From Lobosporangium transversale (taxonomy: Eukaryota), in assembly GCF_002105155.1 (NCBI RefSeq), contig NW_019028991.1, positions 124,001 through 188,000 of the forward strand: a stretch of DNA of 64,000 nt, given 5' to 3'. Shown piece by piece: positions 36,027 to 50,200 of the stretch; the first letter of the stretch is position 1, and every line of letters starts with the position of its first letter. The notes under the pieces were generated by a model. The model was not told where the DNA came from and did not search any database. It worked only from the letters and a program-made list of their open reading frames with translations. Position numbers and translations under genes: made by a program.

Positions 36027-39000
36027 ATGTTCAACTTACTGTGGAATAAGCCCAAGCCTGAACGTTTCAGCCTCGAGAATCTAAAGTATGTCACTATCAC
36101 ATAAATACATTTAGATAAAGATTCATTGCAGCAATGATCAAGTCTTGAGTTCAGTTGCATATCTATCAAAATCCGAAATGTCTTTTGGCTTCGTCCAAAG
36201 CCATCTGAAAGTGCTCAACTGTCCGAAAATAAATTATACACATGGCATGTTGGTTCCTCCCCCTTGAACGACTCATGCACTGCATGACTTACTTTCATGT
36301 TGCCGTAATATCTTACCATCATTGCTCCAGCTTCATCCTATTGCTCTATCTTCATGGTCATCCAGTCAGATTGACAAAAAGATTATCATTCCCGCCTGCA
36401 TTTCTTACATATGTGGCCATCACCTGTATCAATCAATACGTTTTCCCCCTTTCCTTGTAGTATCTGTAACATTGGAAGACTGTTACATGTCTGTCATGTC
36501 CTCTTGATAAAGAAAATCAGAGACGGTATGAATGTATTAAAAGAATATCGACAACAGATTTCTATGGTTCAGATCTCTTGCCTCCTAATTTTTCACTGCA
36601 GACTGCAATGGGCCAGCAAACGTTCCATGCCTCCATTCGTCATACGATTGGCTGGATATCTGCTTTTATGCCTATAATATGAGTACCAAATACCTTTGAT
36701 AGTAACCGTATTACTTCTCATAATTTATAAATGCGGATTATCGTTAGAGCACTCTGCCAGAAGCTTCAACATTTCCCAGGAGATGCTAACGAAGAGAACA
36801 TTATTAGTTGTCTAAAGGAACTGACCCAGCTTTTGATCTGGGGCGATCAGCACGACCCAAGCCTTCTAGAGTAAGTTCTTTATTGTTGCCCTTTTGCAGC
36901 AACAAAGCTTTTTTTTTTTTTTTTTTTTTTTTTTTGAATCAAAGAATTCTCAACAAAAGACTTTCAAGATAAATTTGATAACACGCACAAGATGCAAAGT
37001 TGACTGAGCTATGTTTGTATCTTTTTTTAGCCATTTTTTCGAGGAGAATATACAAGCAACGTTTCTCGAGATTCTAGAAAGTAAAAATGATGGGTCGCTG
37101 ATCGTTCAGGTGCTACAAACACTCAACATTATGTTTGAAAATGTCCGGTCAAGGGAATCACTCTGTGAGTTTAGTAATAAATGTCTTTTTTATACCTTGG
37201 TCGCGATACATACTTATTCTTGCCTTCGGTTTATTTACCTAGATTTCCTACTGTCAAATAACTATGTCAACAAGATCATATCTTTAAAATATGACTTTTC
37301 CAATGATGAAATCCTTGCTTATTACATCTACTTACTCAGGACACTCTCATTCAAACTATCCAAAGACACTATTTACTTTTTCTTTAACGAGCACTTGGAT
37401 GATTTCCCACTGTACGTTTTTATCCTATACTGAAAAAGTGATCACGAGATCAAGGGGGGATTATTTATGCTTCTATACTTATAAAGTCAGTTTTCTCCCC
37501 TCTCTGAACCTTTTACTTCACTAATAGATACTCGGAAGCCATCAAATTTTTTAATCACGAAGAAAGCATGATCAGGATCGCTGTACGCGTTATAACTCTA
37601 AATGTCTATAGTGTAAACGACCAACAGATGCAGGATTTTATTCTAGACAGGACAACCACTACCTATTTTTCGAATCTGGTTTGGTTCATTGGCAACTATG
37701 GAACAACTATCAATGATATGCTGCTACATTCAGGGTAATATACAAGCCCATTGAGAATTTTGGAAGAATAGCCAAAATTTTCCACACGTATCTGGATTGA
37801 GATGAAGTCAATCGCACTCATATTTTGATCCCTATGCTGTCTGATTAGGGAAGGCGAATCTTCGCGGATCAACTATTACCTGGCAGAGCACATGGATTGT
37901 TTTTATTATGTGAACGACATTATTGAATTGGACGTCCCCAAGATCAACAAAATTTTGATTTCACATCTGCTGAATCGATTGCTGAGACCCATGTATCTTG
38001 ATAGTCTTTTACCCGCGGGTACCTATGTACCCAACGCTAGCAAATCATCATCGGTATGCAGAGCTCGAAGGAATGGATGATACTGTACCATGCATCATTT
38101 CGCTGTCTCAGAATGATTTTAATATGAGCCCGTTTATGAAATTTCTACTTTGGTATCCTAGTCGTCCAAATTAATGCCGCTTGTCGCGTTGTCACTAATG
38201 CTACACGCATTCCATGTCCTAAAATACCCGCCGCTTGTATCAGCACTCACATCAACTTTGTTCTCAAACCAGCACTATTTATCATCACATTTGCAACACT
38301 CACATAGTTATGCTCCTTCGCACCGCCGTCAATCACCTTCACCTCTTATGATGGGCGCCCAAGCTGTTTCTCCTGAAACCAGTCGGCCTGCCAGCCCTGT
38401 GACTTCCAAATTTCATTCATTTGGTTTGCTGGGGCCAGGCCTTGCAAGTCCTGGAAGTCCGGATCCACCGCACAGTCCCCACTCTGGGTTATTTAGCAAT
38501 ACATTCTCGCCTGCACGCTTTGACCTGCTACGTCCTCTATCACCTCAGTCGGCCTCTGCACAGCTACCTTCCTTCGCATCCATATCATATCAACAGCAAG
38601 AAGAAAAGCGGCAGGACCAGCAACAGCCGCAGTGCCGTCAACAAAATCAAGAGAGAAATGAAAGAAATGCTAAAAGCCAATATAGCAGTCAGAATCCATA
38701 TAAAGCAACACTATATGGGTATCTGAGTCAAGTTCAAGACGACCAGCTGGTCTTGCCGGCAATGACATTATTATATCTCGTAGGACGGAATCCAGGTGTT
38801 ATATCGGATGCATTACTTGGGACCGATATCTATCCACAACGTTTGCTCAAGAGTCGAATGCTAATGGTATAGAATACTTATATTTTTATAAAGTATTTGC
38901 CACCAAAGAAAAAAAGAAAAAAAACAATGCGTTATAAAGACAGACAATTAACTTTTAATGGATTTCAATTTCGGGACCATTAGGGGAACTTGATGTCCTC

Positions 39001-42000
39001 ATCCACTTCTCCGAAAAACTTTGTTCAGGGCACTACTGGTACTGCCATGTCCCGTGGACGTTCAGGCGATTCTATCCTCAGTAATAACGACACAAAGGGA
39101 GCAGATTCACTTCCAGGTACATGGAGTTCCCCGTCGTTAGGAGCTGGCGGCGGCAGTACTGGCGTTGGTATTGGGAGCAATAGCAGTAGCTTGTTTGGAG
39201 TCACAGGAGCTGTGGCCCAAATCGCCAGAATGCGTACAAAGATCGATTCGCCACTTTTCGAAACTGAGGAGAAAGACAAGGAGTCACAAGAGGCAGAAGA
39301 GCTTTTGGCATCCGATACAGAGCTGGCACCACCACCGCTTCCCATCTCTTCAGCCAGCCCAGTCTCTTATTCACGTACTGAAGATGGCTCTAAGAGCTTA
39401 TCAAGCAGCATGCCATCATCCGCGGGGACTTCAGTAGCAACTTTGGTTAACCGACGGCCATCTCTAACTACTTCACAGAATCATTCTTCGGATCAATATG
39501 GATTCAACAAAGGTGACTTGGGTCCTAAACCGGCAACTTTTGAGGGCATCAAAAAAGGAAATAACAATAGTAAGATATCTAGTCTACTAGCGCCAATCAT
39601 GCCTTCTTCAGCTGGACACACAGTTGTTTCTGTGTCTGAACAATCGGAAGGAGGCGCTAGTGATGAGCATGAAATGGGACAAGAACTCCGTCCTATACAT
39701 ACCCCCAAATGCAACCGAGAAGCAACGGAAATATACCCATCAGCAGATGAAGAAAGCGATAATGAAGACAAGCTGAAGAATGATCGGACGGTATTGCCTC
39801 CGTCGATACCACCTCCCTTACCGCCTAGGCATGTATCTCAAGGACCACTTCAGTGTCAACCGCAGCAACATGACGAGATTGCCCCTGACCAGGAATCGGT
39901 CAGCATGCGAGTTGAGCCTATTATCCAGAACCGTGAAGATTTGATTAATCGATTAATGAACATTATCTGTGGGCAGCCAGAGTCTGGAGCACACCGGTTC
40001 CGGATCATTACCATCCATATGGCCGCAGAATTATTGATGGAGTTTGTGTTTACAAAAGGTGTATCCAACAATACCGCTACTAATGCATCAACTATAAAAG
40101 AAGAGAATAATCAAGCTCAAAACGCCGCTGCATCTCAACAGTCAGCCGAGAGTCACTTGGGGGAGGTCGATATGCAGCGGCTAGCTTCGGCAGAAGCACA
40201 GTTTCGAGTAAGAGTCCAAAAGGGCATTAGAAGGCTGGAGCGCAAAAAACAGAGGGCTAGTCTCAAGCAAGGAGGCGATGGAGCTGGAACAGCTTCACTA
40301 TTTCCTCAGCCATTAGGTATTCTGACAGGACGTATCGAACGAGCGATGACAGAGTCAAAGTGTAAGCGGTATATGTTAGTATTTTCACTTTAAAGTGTAT
40401 CTTACTTGATCATGATATATATCGTGTTAATATGCGCTTATATTCTTGGTATCTTTCATACCAACTAGTGGGTATCGATAAGCAGATTGTGAACATCATC
40501 GCAGAGTCATCTGTAATCTATGGACCGGACAAGGACCTCGACAATGAGCCTGATATAGACCCTACGCCAGAGTTGGCGACCCTCTTTAGCCTTGACCCTG
40601 AATACACAAATATAAGACATGAAAAGACAGATACAAGAGGAAGGACCTGGAAAAATGAAGAGTATATAAATGGTCAACATCAAAACCAACCGCCAGTAAG
40701 CAGCAGTTCCAATGGACCTATCTCTTTCAAGGAGAGATTCAGATCCAGGTCCAGGACTCGAAGCAAGATCAGCTCAATGATCCGGGGTTCGTCAGAACCA
40801 CGACCACCACAATCCGACCGTCAGGATGCACCTCTTCAGCCTCCACAAAGTCGTCTGAGTGGGACCCAGCGCTTGGAAGCAATGGTGGTTCGGTATATAA
40901 AGTGGTTACACATCTTGATTCAGTGTCGACAGGTTCTGTCGCGGAAAGCAGTTACACCGGCAGGCCCTAGTGCAAGTCCAAATCCTGCTACGTTTGGAGT
41001 TACAACAAACCATGGGCTCATGGCGAGAGCTTTAATAGCTGGAGCTCCTCTGCAACCCACGGTCGACACAACATCTGTTGAGGCCAACTCTGTTAATTTG
41101 CTAGCGGACAAAGGATCGCCCTCAATATCTATTACCAAGTCTTTTGAAGATTCTAGGAACTCAACGCCTCTGTTAGCATCTATCCCTGCTTTAAACATGG
41201 CTCCAACTCTGCCGGCACAAATCGAACGAAGATCCAGTGACTTGCTAAGTGGAGGAGGGCATACAACACCAACTTCTTCCTCAGGAAATGTTGTATCGGC
41301 GCACAAAGGCCTGCAGAAGGCATTAGCGACCACGGCCACCACAACTACGACTGCGCAAGGCAATGGGACCCCCCTTACTACTCTTGAATCCCCCACGTTG
41401 GCGCCAAAAGAAACAGGAGGGGTGACAGGATTGACACCGTCGCCTTTAGCTGAACCGGTCAATGCGGATTTCACATGGCCTTCGTCAGCCCCCTCTTCTA
41501 AATCCTCATTCACCTCCCTCTCTTTGACATCTACAGTCCCTTATGAAACTGCAGACAGCGGGAGTGAACAGGGTGGGAAGCCTACTACCACAGCTTTGCA
41601 GTCAGAGTCAATCAAGGCATCAGGACGGGGCATTGGTGCCAAGAGCGCCCTCACAGCAACAGCAGCTCTAGAGGCAGCGGCAGCGGCTAACTCTAATAAC
41701 GCTAACGGATTCGGACACTCTATCAATGCAAACAATCATCCTTTTATCAACGACATGCTTACAAACCATCTGGATCCATTAAGTGCCAGTGTCTCCGAGG
41801 TGATTCGAAAGAGTAGCGCAAGGTTCAAGTCTGTGGTTGATCCCTTGTCGTCAAATCAGCTATTTAAGCCCTCGCCTTCGCCTTCCGTTGCCTCTTCGAC
41901 ATTGGGTCCTGAAAAGGAGCCACTCCCGCCTGTAAACAAGGGCTTTTATCGGCCAACAGCGCCGATAGCAGGTCCGCCAACTGAACTATCCGCAGCCACG

Positions 42001-42384
42001 TCATCAGCCTCTTCTGTTGTATCAATGAACTCAAAGCCAGCGTCGAGCTATGTGCCTACAAGGCAGCGCTCGCCATCAGGTGGGTCCACTAATTCTTGGA
42101 CCTCCCATTCTGCAGGGACCGCCGTTTCGACGGCAGGCACATCTGTTTTGGGCGCTGTTTCATCTTCGGTCATTAGAAGGGTTAGTGAGGATTATTCGAC
42201 ATTGAATGAATTGACATCTCCTGGGAGTGTCAAAATTGTGAGAGACGGGAATGAGAACGAAGATGGATCGGGGTTCATGAGTATTCTTGACCCAGGACAT
42301 CCAGCACAGCAATCGGATCCTCAAGTCGCCAAAATCTTAGAGACATTAGGTCTGACAGCGACAAATATTAATTTATCGGCATGA
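36027..42384 (+). CDS. CLEC16A/GOP-1/TT9-like protein (FPL domain) with long low-complexity C-terminal region, multi-exon
   Basis: MFNLLWNKPKPERFSLENLK, LKELTQLLIWGDQHD, FFEEN, VQVLQTLNIMFENV, FLLSNNYVNKII, EILAYYIYLLRTLSFKL, DFPL|YSEAIKFFNHEESMIRIAVRVITLNVY. Confidence 0.88.
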
Positions 42385-43209
42385 AGTAGCTTAGGATTCC
42401 ATTTTCTTATTCATCTTTTTGCAAAAGTCATCTTCATTCCTCAATCTAATGTAATGAGTATTTGATACGGCTTTCTGTTTCCCATTTAGATGGTTTGAAT
42501 TATATTCTTCCAATGAATAAATATAGAAGATTATTTGAAAAGTGAAAAAGCAAAGTTGCAACTCTAAAGGCTCTTTATACTAACACTATATGAACTAAAC
42601 CAACATAAAAAAAGCCCTACGACATGTCGCTGAAACCGCAGTCCTGGATTATTTAGGACATTAAATTTGATTAGACATGGTGAGTAATGGTAAGGATTTG
42701 TTGTTAGCCTACCACTCACGCCGCCTTCTGGCTTTTGTACGCACTGTATGATTGCTACGACCTTGGCCACGGTCATGCTCGCGTCTTTGAATTTATTGGT
42801 ATTGAATGGAGACACGTAAGGTTGCTCAAGGTCCCCTACGTTATCTTTGCATGGTGGCGTAAACTATGTACGTATACGTACACAAAGTACGAATGCATCT
42901 TGCACTGTTGTGACACACGACTGACACGTTGCTATTGATGCTTCGCCCAACGCTACTTTATCTTTACTTTCAACGTGTTTTAATGCTATTGTTGTGTATG
43001 GATGGCACGCTCACTGCTTTTTAGGCATTAGTTCGGCTCTTTCTCTACTCATTCGCTTTATTTTTCTCTTTCTTCGATTTTTCTTCATCATTTCTCACTC
43101 AGCTAATAGATTATCCTTTCCTCTCTTTTTTTTTCGGATTTATATATATACTCATCCTCGCATCCGCGTCCACATCCACACCCACATCCACGTCCACATC
43201 CATATAATC

Positions 43210-44652
43210 ATGTTTATTATCGATTGGTTTCGCAGCGTTCTTTCTTCTCTGGGTCTGTATTTTTTCCTTCTTTCATTCAAGGCCATCTCTCATATAAAAT
43301 AAATTAAAGAGCGTTTCTTTCATTTCAAGCATTAAAACTGCAGGCGCAGATATCTAAGAAAAAAAAAAAAAAAAAAAAAAAAAGGAAGAAAGAGAGAGGG
43401 AATAGTCGCCATATGCTAATCTCAATCTTTACTCGGCCTTGGATCTCCCCTTTTTTCCCCCTCTCCGTCGTCCGTGCACATTGAATATGCCAATGGCCTA
43501 TTTATTGTTTTATGTACTAAACCAAACTTGTTGTGCATTATTATTTCTAGGTCTACTTAATAAGAACGCAAAGATCTTATTCCTTGGTCTTGATAATGCA
43601 GGGAAGACAACCCTTCTCCACATGCTGAAGAACGATCGTTTGGCCGCTCTCTCGCCTACAGCTCATCCAAGTAAGGATTACTGTTTCTTCACCTTTTCAG
43701 TTGGTTTTTTGGGAAGGATGAAAAAAAAAAAAAAAAAAAAACATTATTGACCTTAATATTCCTTAGCCTCAGAGGAATTATCAATTGACAATATCAAGTT
43801 CACAACCTTCGATCTGGGTGGGCACTATCAAGGTATGCCTAGAAACTTGCTCATTTCTGTTAGTTTTCTGGTGATGTTTTAATTATTTATTTATTTTAAA
43901 AAGAGAAAAAGGAACGCAATCGTGCCCCAAACACTAGATGCCAGGTGTAGACCAATATTCAACTCTATTTTATTGACACATGTTCACTCCATGTTACCCT
44001 TCCTCTCTCCATAGCTCGCCGCATCTGGAAATATTATTTCGCCGAGGTCGATGGCATTGTCTTTTTGGTAGACAGTATGGACCATGAGCGTTTCCCGGAA
44101 TCCAAAGCTGTGCTGGATGTAAAGGATTTGTTTTCTTTTTTGTTCTTGCAAAGATATTCGCTTGGGACTTTGACACTTGAGTTTTTAATATACATATCAT
44201 TTGTCATTTTTATATTTCTTCTGAATATTCAAACTCTTCTTATTACCATTAAAAAAATACAGGCTCTCCTTGCCATGGAGCAGTTGGAACATATCCCTTT
44301 CTTGATCCTTGGGAACAAGATCGATGCTCGCGGAGCTGTCTCAGAAGAGGGACTCCGCACAGCTCTTGGATTGGTTCAGACAACTGGCAAGGGCATTGTC
44401 CCATTAAATAACATTCGTCCCATTGAAGTCTTTATGTGTTCTGTGGTTGCACGGCAAGGATATGGCGAGGGTAAGTATCAAGCTTCAAAAACTGTAACCA
44501 CATGTTCTGAAATCTTTGCAAAGGAAAAGAAAGACGAAGAAGAAGAAAAAGAAAAAGAAAAAGAGAGATGGTATTAATGGTGTTTGCTCCTTTCTTTCTT
44601 TCTTTCTTTTCTTTAATTTACAGGTTTTCGATGGATGTCGCAGTACATCTAA
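43210..44652 (+). CDS. SAR1: COPII small GTPase Sar1, multi-exon
   Basis: [69 protein letters not shown]...[13 protein letters not shown]. Confidence 0.96.
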
Positions 44653-44731
44653 GCTTCCTGGACACAAATAAAAAACAACGTTTGCATTACTACGCCTCTT
44701 TTCCTTATTCAATTAACATCTGTTGTTCAGC

Positions 44732-46862
44732 ATGGCTACAGAAGTGCTTTTGGCCAACACTCCCATCACTGATCTTGACCCTTCACTGACAAAGACTGTT
44801 CTTTACGAACGACTGGTCAATATTTTAAACAAAAATAATATGTAATCTGCTTTTTGGAGAAAAAATAAAATAAAATAAAATAAAATAAAAAAAAAAAAAA
44901 AAAACTGTCGCTGGTGCGGTGCATGTAAGATCTGATTCACATGCGATTCTCCCCATCTCTTCTTGTCTAATGTAGAGATGAGCTTGGTATTCTTCCATTC
45001 CTACCCGAGTCTGACACAACAGAGACGGGAATAGAAAGAGAGAGAGAGGCTACTGCTATCGCTGCCACAACTACAACCGAAGAAAAAATCACACCACATT
45101 ACCCATTTGTTGTTCAGGAACAAGGGACAAAACTAGGGATTCCAATCTTTTGTTGGGTTCCTTTACTCGATGCTTCATATGAGGTGCTCAAGGACGCGTG
45201 TAAACATCCTGTAGGATCGTCATCGCAAGAATGGTGGACTGATCCAGGTATATAATAAATATTAACATTTCAAGCTTAAATTTACTATTATGATGCTAGT
45301 CAAATCTGATTTTTTTTTTTTTTTTTTTTTTTAAAAAAAAAATAGGACGACGTCGTCGAGTTATTGAATCAACATCATGCTTGACGATCCTCTGCCCAGA
45401 TTCTTTCATGGTTATGAATAATCGGTAAAAAAAAAAAAAAAAAAAAAAAATAGACCAGCTTTATTTTCTTTCAATATCCTCAATATGACTGAATGCATCA
45501 TCAAAATATTTTTTTCCTTTTAATTAGAAAACGTCTTGTCCAAGAAGGATTTTTGGATCCACAAAAGGAACTCGAGTTCTTAAACATGATCCTGACATTC
45601 CCAAGGAATTGTAAAAGCTCAGGAGCATGGTTTCATAGGTATAGAGCTAAAAAAAAAAAAAAAAAAAAAAAAATTAGAATACCAGAATAAAAAAAAATAA
45701 GCAAACTCAACTTTTTTCTCTCGACTGTTATAGAAAATGGTTACTTTGCTACATCTACAAGGACCACGAGGCATCGCCATTACCTCCTTGCATTGTGGAA
45801 GGACAGTTAAAGATTTGTCAGTTGGCTGCAGAGCGGTATCCTAAATGCTACTATGCCTGGACTATGAGACATTGGCTAGTTGAGCAATTAGGTCGTCATT
45901 GGTGGAATGCAAGTCTCAAGTACGGTTTTAATCATGGCTATAGCCATGGACATGAAAGCAACAGCAACGACAGCTTTTCAAAGCATAGTCGTGGTCACCT
46001 TATCAATGACCCAAATAGCTTACTTGAGCCACTAGTACAGGAATTAGAGCGGATGAGAGCTCATATGCAACGGAACGTTTCAGACCACTCATCACTGCAA
46101 CATTTGCAACAATGTATGATCCAATTGAGCGGACATTGGATTGTATTACAGCAAAGAGCGCAAAGCGAAGAGCAAGAAGAACCAGAGCGACAGCGGCACC
46201 AGCAACCATCGTCGCCTTTGTCTTCATCACCCTCCTCTTCACACTACGTATTACAGTGGTCAAGGAAAGAACTTCAACAGAGGCAACATAAAAGAGACCA
46301 ATGGTTCAATTTGGAAGCAGCAACAACAAAAGCAAGTACGATACCTTCTATGCCAGTTATGAATCATCAGCGGAGTGCCATTCGAAGTGTTTTACCCTCT
46401 GCTGTTGCTACTTTCATTCTCAATGCATCGGATGATGGGGATGCGGACCAAACTATGGCGGATGAAATGGCAAGTTTCAGATGGGTATGCCATCTTTGGT
46501 TATATGAACTGAAGAGGACTCGAAATTTGATTCGAATTTATCCAGGACATGAGTCTTTATGGTATCATCTTCGCTTTGTATATTACGGATTAAGATGGCT
46601 AGACTCTTCTGAAATAGACACCGCCCCTGTATTTGTACTAGGAGAGAATATGAAAGATGCTAACCAAGGAAGCAAAAACCAAGACAGCGACCACAATCTA
46701 CTAGTTTCTCCAACAACTGAGGGTGCGTTTGTGGATCAGCTATTGAAACAGAAGGAAGGATTGAGTCTATTAGATGAAGGCAAAGATGAACAGCAGAGAT
46801 ATTGTGCGGAAAGGTATCTGGATTGGGTTAGGCGCCTCGACATGGATATTGAGGGAGCTTAA
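44732..46862 (+). CDS. Protein prenyltransferase alpha-subunit repeat protein (PTAR1-like), multi-exon
   Basis: IDELGILP, KLGIP, ELEFLNMILTFPRNCKSSGAWFHRKW, AAERYPKCYYAWTMRHWL, NVSDHSSLQH, YPGHESLWYHLR (PFTA repeats). Confidence 0.78.
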
Positions 46863-47070
46863 TAACTCTTATACGCTTGTAGTAGTTTTACCATCAGACA
46901 CGATCGATGAATAAAAAACTCTTTCGAGATTATTGCCTCTATTCAAATATATATAATTTTAAATATCAATATGTTATTATTCTACTTGTTGCCATATCTG
47001 CAATCCCTTTCCTGATTTGTAGGAGGACTATTTTATTAATGCTATTTATTTATTTATTTACTTATTATGT

Positions 47071-47250
47071 TCAAAATGTACAATATTTGCGAATCAAAAG
47101 ATTGGCTTCGCCCATGGCGCCACTCTGCATGTAAATCTTGGCCAAGTTGAACGCCGCTTCACGCTTCAAGTCAGTAGGATCTTCATCTTCATCTTGCAAT
47201 TTAAGCCTTGATACTGGCCCTTGCTGTGTTGTCTCGGCGCTCGCTCGGAA

Positions 47251-47283
<33 letters not shown>

Positions 47284-50200
47284 ATTGACTTCTTCCATAT
47301 GATCATATTCAAATTCATCGTCATTTTCTTCTGTCATTTCATTATTATCGTCTTGATCAGCACTACCACCTCTTTGAATCGCTACCACTGCTTTCTGTGC
47401 ATCCTTAGATTCTCGCCGCTCTTGTGCGCGCTTCATCTTTTGTTCAAGGATGGACGCACGAGCTTCTGAGCGTGCTTGTCGCTTGGCCTGCTTTTTAGCT
47501 TCGTTCTGTTTCTTGCGCTGTTCCTCCTGTTCACGCTCAGCCTCCCTCCAAGACGGTAACTCCAGGACGCGTCGATAGTGGATCATCGCAAGGTGATTCT
47601 GTCCTAGTTGATGGAATCCACGAGCAAAATTGTATTCTGCTTCCTGCTGACAATGTTTCAAAGGTTGATCCTCTAAATCTGGTACAGTGGTGGTCGTCAT
47701 AGTAGAGAGATTCGAGTTTGTTATGACCGATGTTACAGTCTGAACTGGTGTTGCAGCATCGTCACCATCAGCTGTAGTGGGAATAGCTACTGAGGGGTTC
47801 ATGACTTCGGAGATGGTGACGGATGACGCTGTAGATATAGATGTCGATGTAGCAAGAGCCTCGGTTGATGCCTTTACTGCCTGTGCCTCCCAATTTGTTG
47901 TACCTTTATTACCTACAACGCCCACGATCGAGTGTACAGGCCCGATAGGCGAGGGTGTTGGAGGTAGGCCTTTGCTCTGCCTCTCCCTCTCTCTTTCTGC
48001 AAAGGCTAAGGTGCCGTATCCCAAACTGCGAAGACGATAATAATTCTGAAAGAACACCAATCCTTGCGCCATCGCCATTTGTCGATTTGGAGTCGTGCGT
48101 TGCATCGCCAGACAAAACATTTGGTTTGCAAGATAAAGCTGGATCAGCGGGTTCAACGGCGCATGGTCCATACACTCGGCATACTGGGCTGCTCAAACAC
48201 AAAAATAAATAAATCACTTTACTCCTTAACTCTTGAAAAACAAGTAGAGTAATGATTTAAGTAGCAATAATGTACTTACCGGCACTACCCACATGGCTTC
48301 GTGATGCTGCTAACAAGGAACCCGAAAACATGGTCATATGGATATGGAATTGCGGATAACTCTCCTTGGTGAACATTCGTGGAACTCTTATCCCTGCATA
48401 GTTAGCCTTAGAAGCTCCATCATGTTGTGTGCTTGAGCTTCCTTCTCGACTTTCTGAGGACCTACGGCCTTTCTTGGGACCACGAGATAAACCATTGCTC
48501 TCTGGGCTGTCGTCATCATAATCATCATTATCGTCATTATCGTCGTTTTCGTAGTTGTCGTCGTCGTCGATACCATCTGCTTGCTTGTTCTTCCCGTACA
48601 TCTTAGCTCTTGACCTTGAAAACTTGATTGCATCATTTTCCCAATCGGTTTCACCGTTATCATCGTTGTCGTTATCGTCTTCCTCTTCCGTCTTGTATAG
48701 TTCATCGTTGACATCATAGTCGTCATCGTCATCATCCTGCTCGTTTTGGTCCGTATCATCCTGTTCATTTTGTCCATCATTTCTGTTTTGCTTATTGCTT
48801 TTTTCACCGGTTTGATCATTTTCTTCAAATTCTTCGCCTTCATCCTCTGTCAGCTGCCGCTTTCTCCGTCTAGCAATCGCTGCAGCTGTAGGCCCGTCCC
48901 TGCCGTGGGATGGCAATGAAGGCGAAGACATCCCACCATCGCCCTTAGATGCCTCTGAGAAGGACACTCTTCCACGTGGATTCCGAGTACTAATATTTTT
49001 ATCTGTACTTCCGCCCTGCAACGAAGATCTGGATTTTATTCCTGCTGTAGCACTTGTCGCAGTTTCTGTTTCCTGGGCTTCCGATTGAACTTGGTTCTCT
49101 TGTGTTTCTTGTGTCTCCTGTACGCGGTTTTCCTGTTGTGAAGGCGTATGTGATGCTGATACTATATTGCTACTGAGCTTCCAAGGGAACGAAATTCCAT
49201 TGTCATCATGACCCGCTACTGTGAGATCCAACCTTGGTTTCTTCTTGGGCAATGACTGCGATGGCTGTGTTGATTGTGACAAAAGGAAGTTCCTACTCCG
49301 CTTTCGCCTCTGTGTCACAATTCGTTGTTTCCTATGGGGCGTGTATGACTTGCGCATTCCACGCTGCAAACCCTTACCGACGGCAGACCGCATTCGTATG
49401 ATATGTCGTTTCATGAACTTCTGAGTAATGTTTTGAGCCCACACAAAGTGTTCATGGTTGTCGCGTGGTCCAGATGTAAACGTTCCCTGATAGATCTTGA
49501 AAGCGAACGGACGCATACCTCCAAAAATTGTCAGCCATCGCCCTGCGTTGATGACTGTGGCGTGATCTTTTGCCCACATTGCGCATGCAAGCAAAACCAA
49601 CATGATACCCGACCGTCTTCGTGGAACACTATAAAAGACGTTCGCTCTGAACATCAGCATCAGCAAATCAAGTGCTTCTGCATATCGGTCTTCGAACGTT
49701 AGATAGACCCCCTGTCGAATCATAAGTAGGTACCAGACATCGAATGATACCTCTCTGAACGTCGTTGGAGACTTGACATTTGACTGTTCAGTGGGTTCCT
49801 GCCTAGGCATTTGTGTAGCTGATGCAATACCCATGGCTCTAGCCAGCCGGTCTGCCATTTCGGTTGCATGTTCCGAAAGAACTGTGTCGGCATCCGCAGT
49901 GTTTCTTCGAGATCTCCAAGCTCGCGATTCTACACCTGTGTAGGGCTTATTCCGCTCCCTGTTAAAGAATGCTCGATTACTTCGAAACACATTTACCAGG
50001 TCTCTAGCAGCTTGAATGTATTGAATTCTCTCCTCTCGTGTTATTTTCACGGCCTCATGTTTGTTCAGCCAGGATCTAGATTTTTCTTTCTGGCTAATTT
50101 TTTGGTAGATCAAATCAAGCTTGTTAAACTTATCAATCACGTCATGAAGCTCCACATCCTTCTCTGCAATCTTATCCGCACGCTCTTGCTCACGAATAGA

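Noticed and set aside
36128..36215. Possible C/D snoRNA in the long first intron of the CLEC16A-like gene (ATGATCA...CTGA)
   Set aside because: Non-canonical C box and no rRNA-complementary guide that I could recognise; needs an Rfam/snoscan search.
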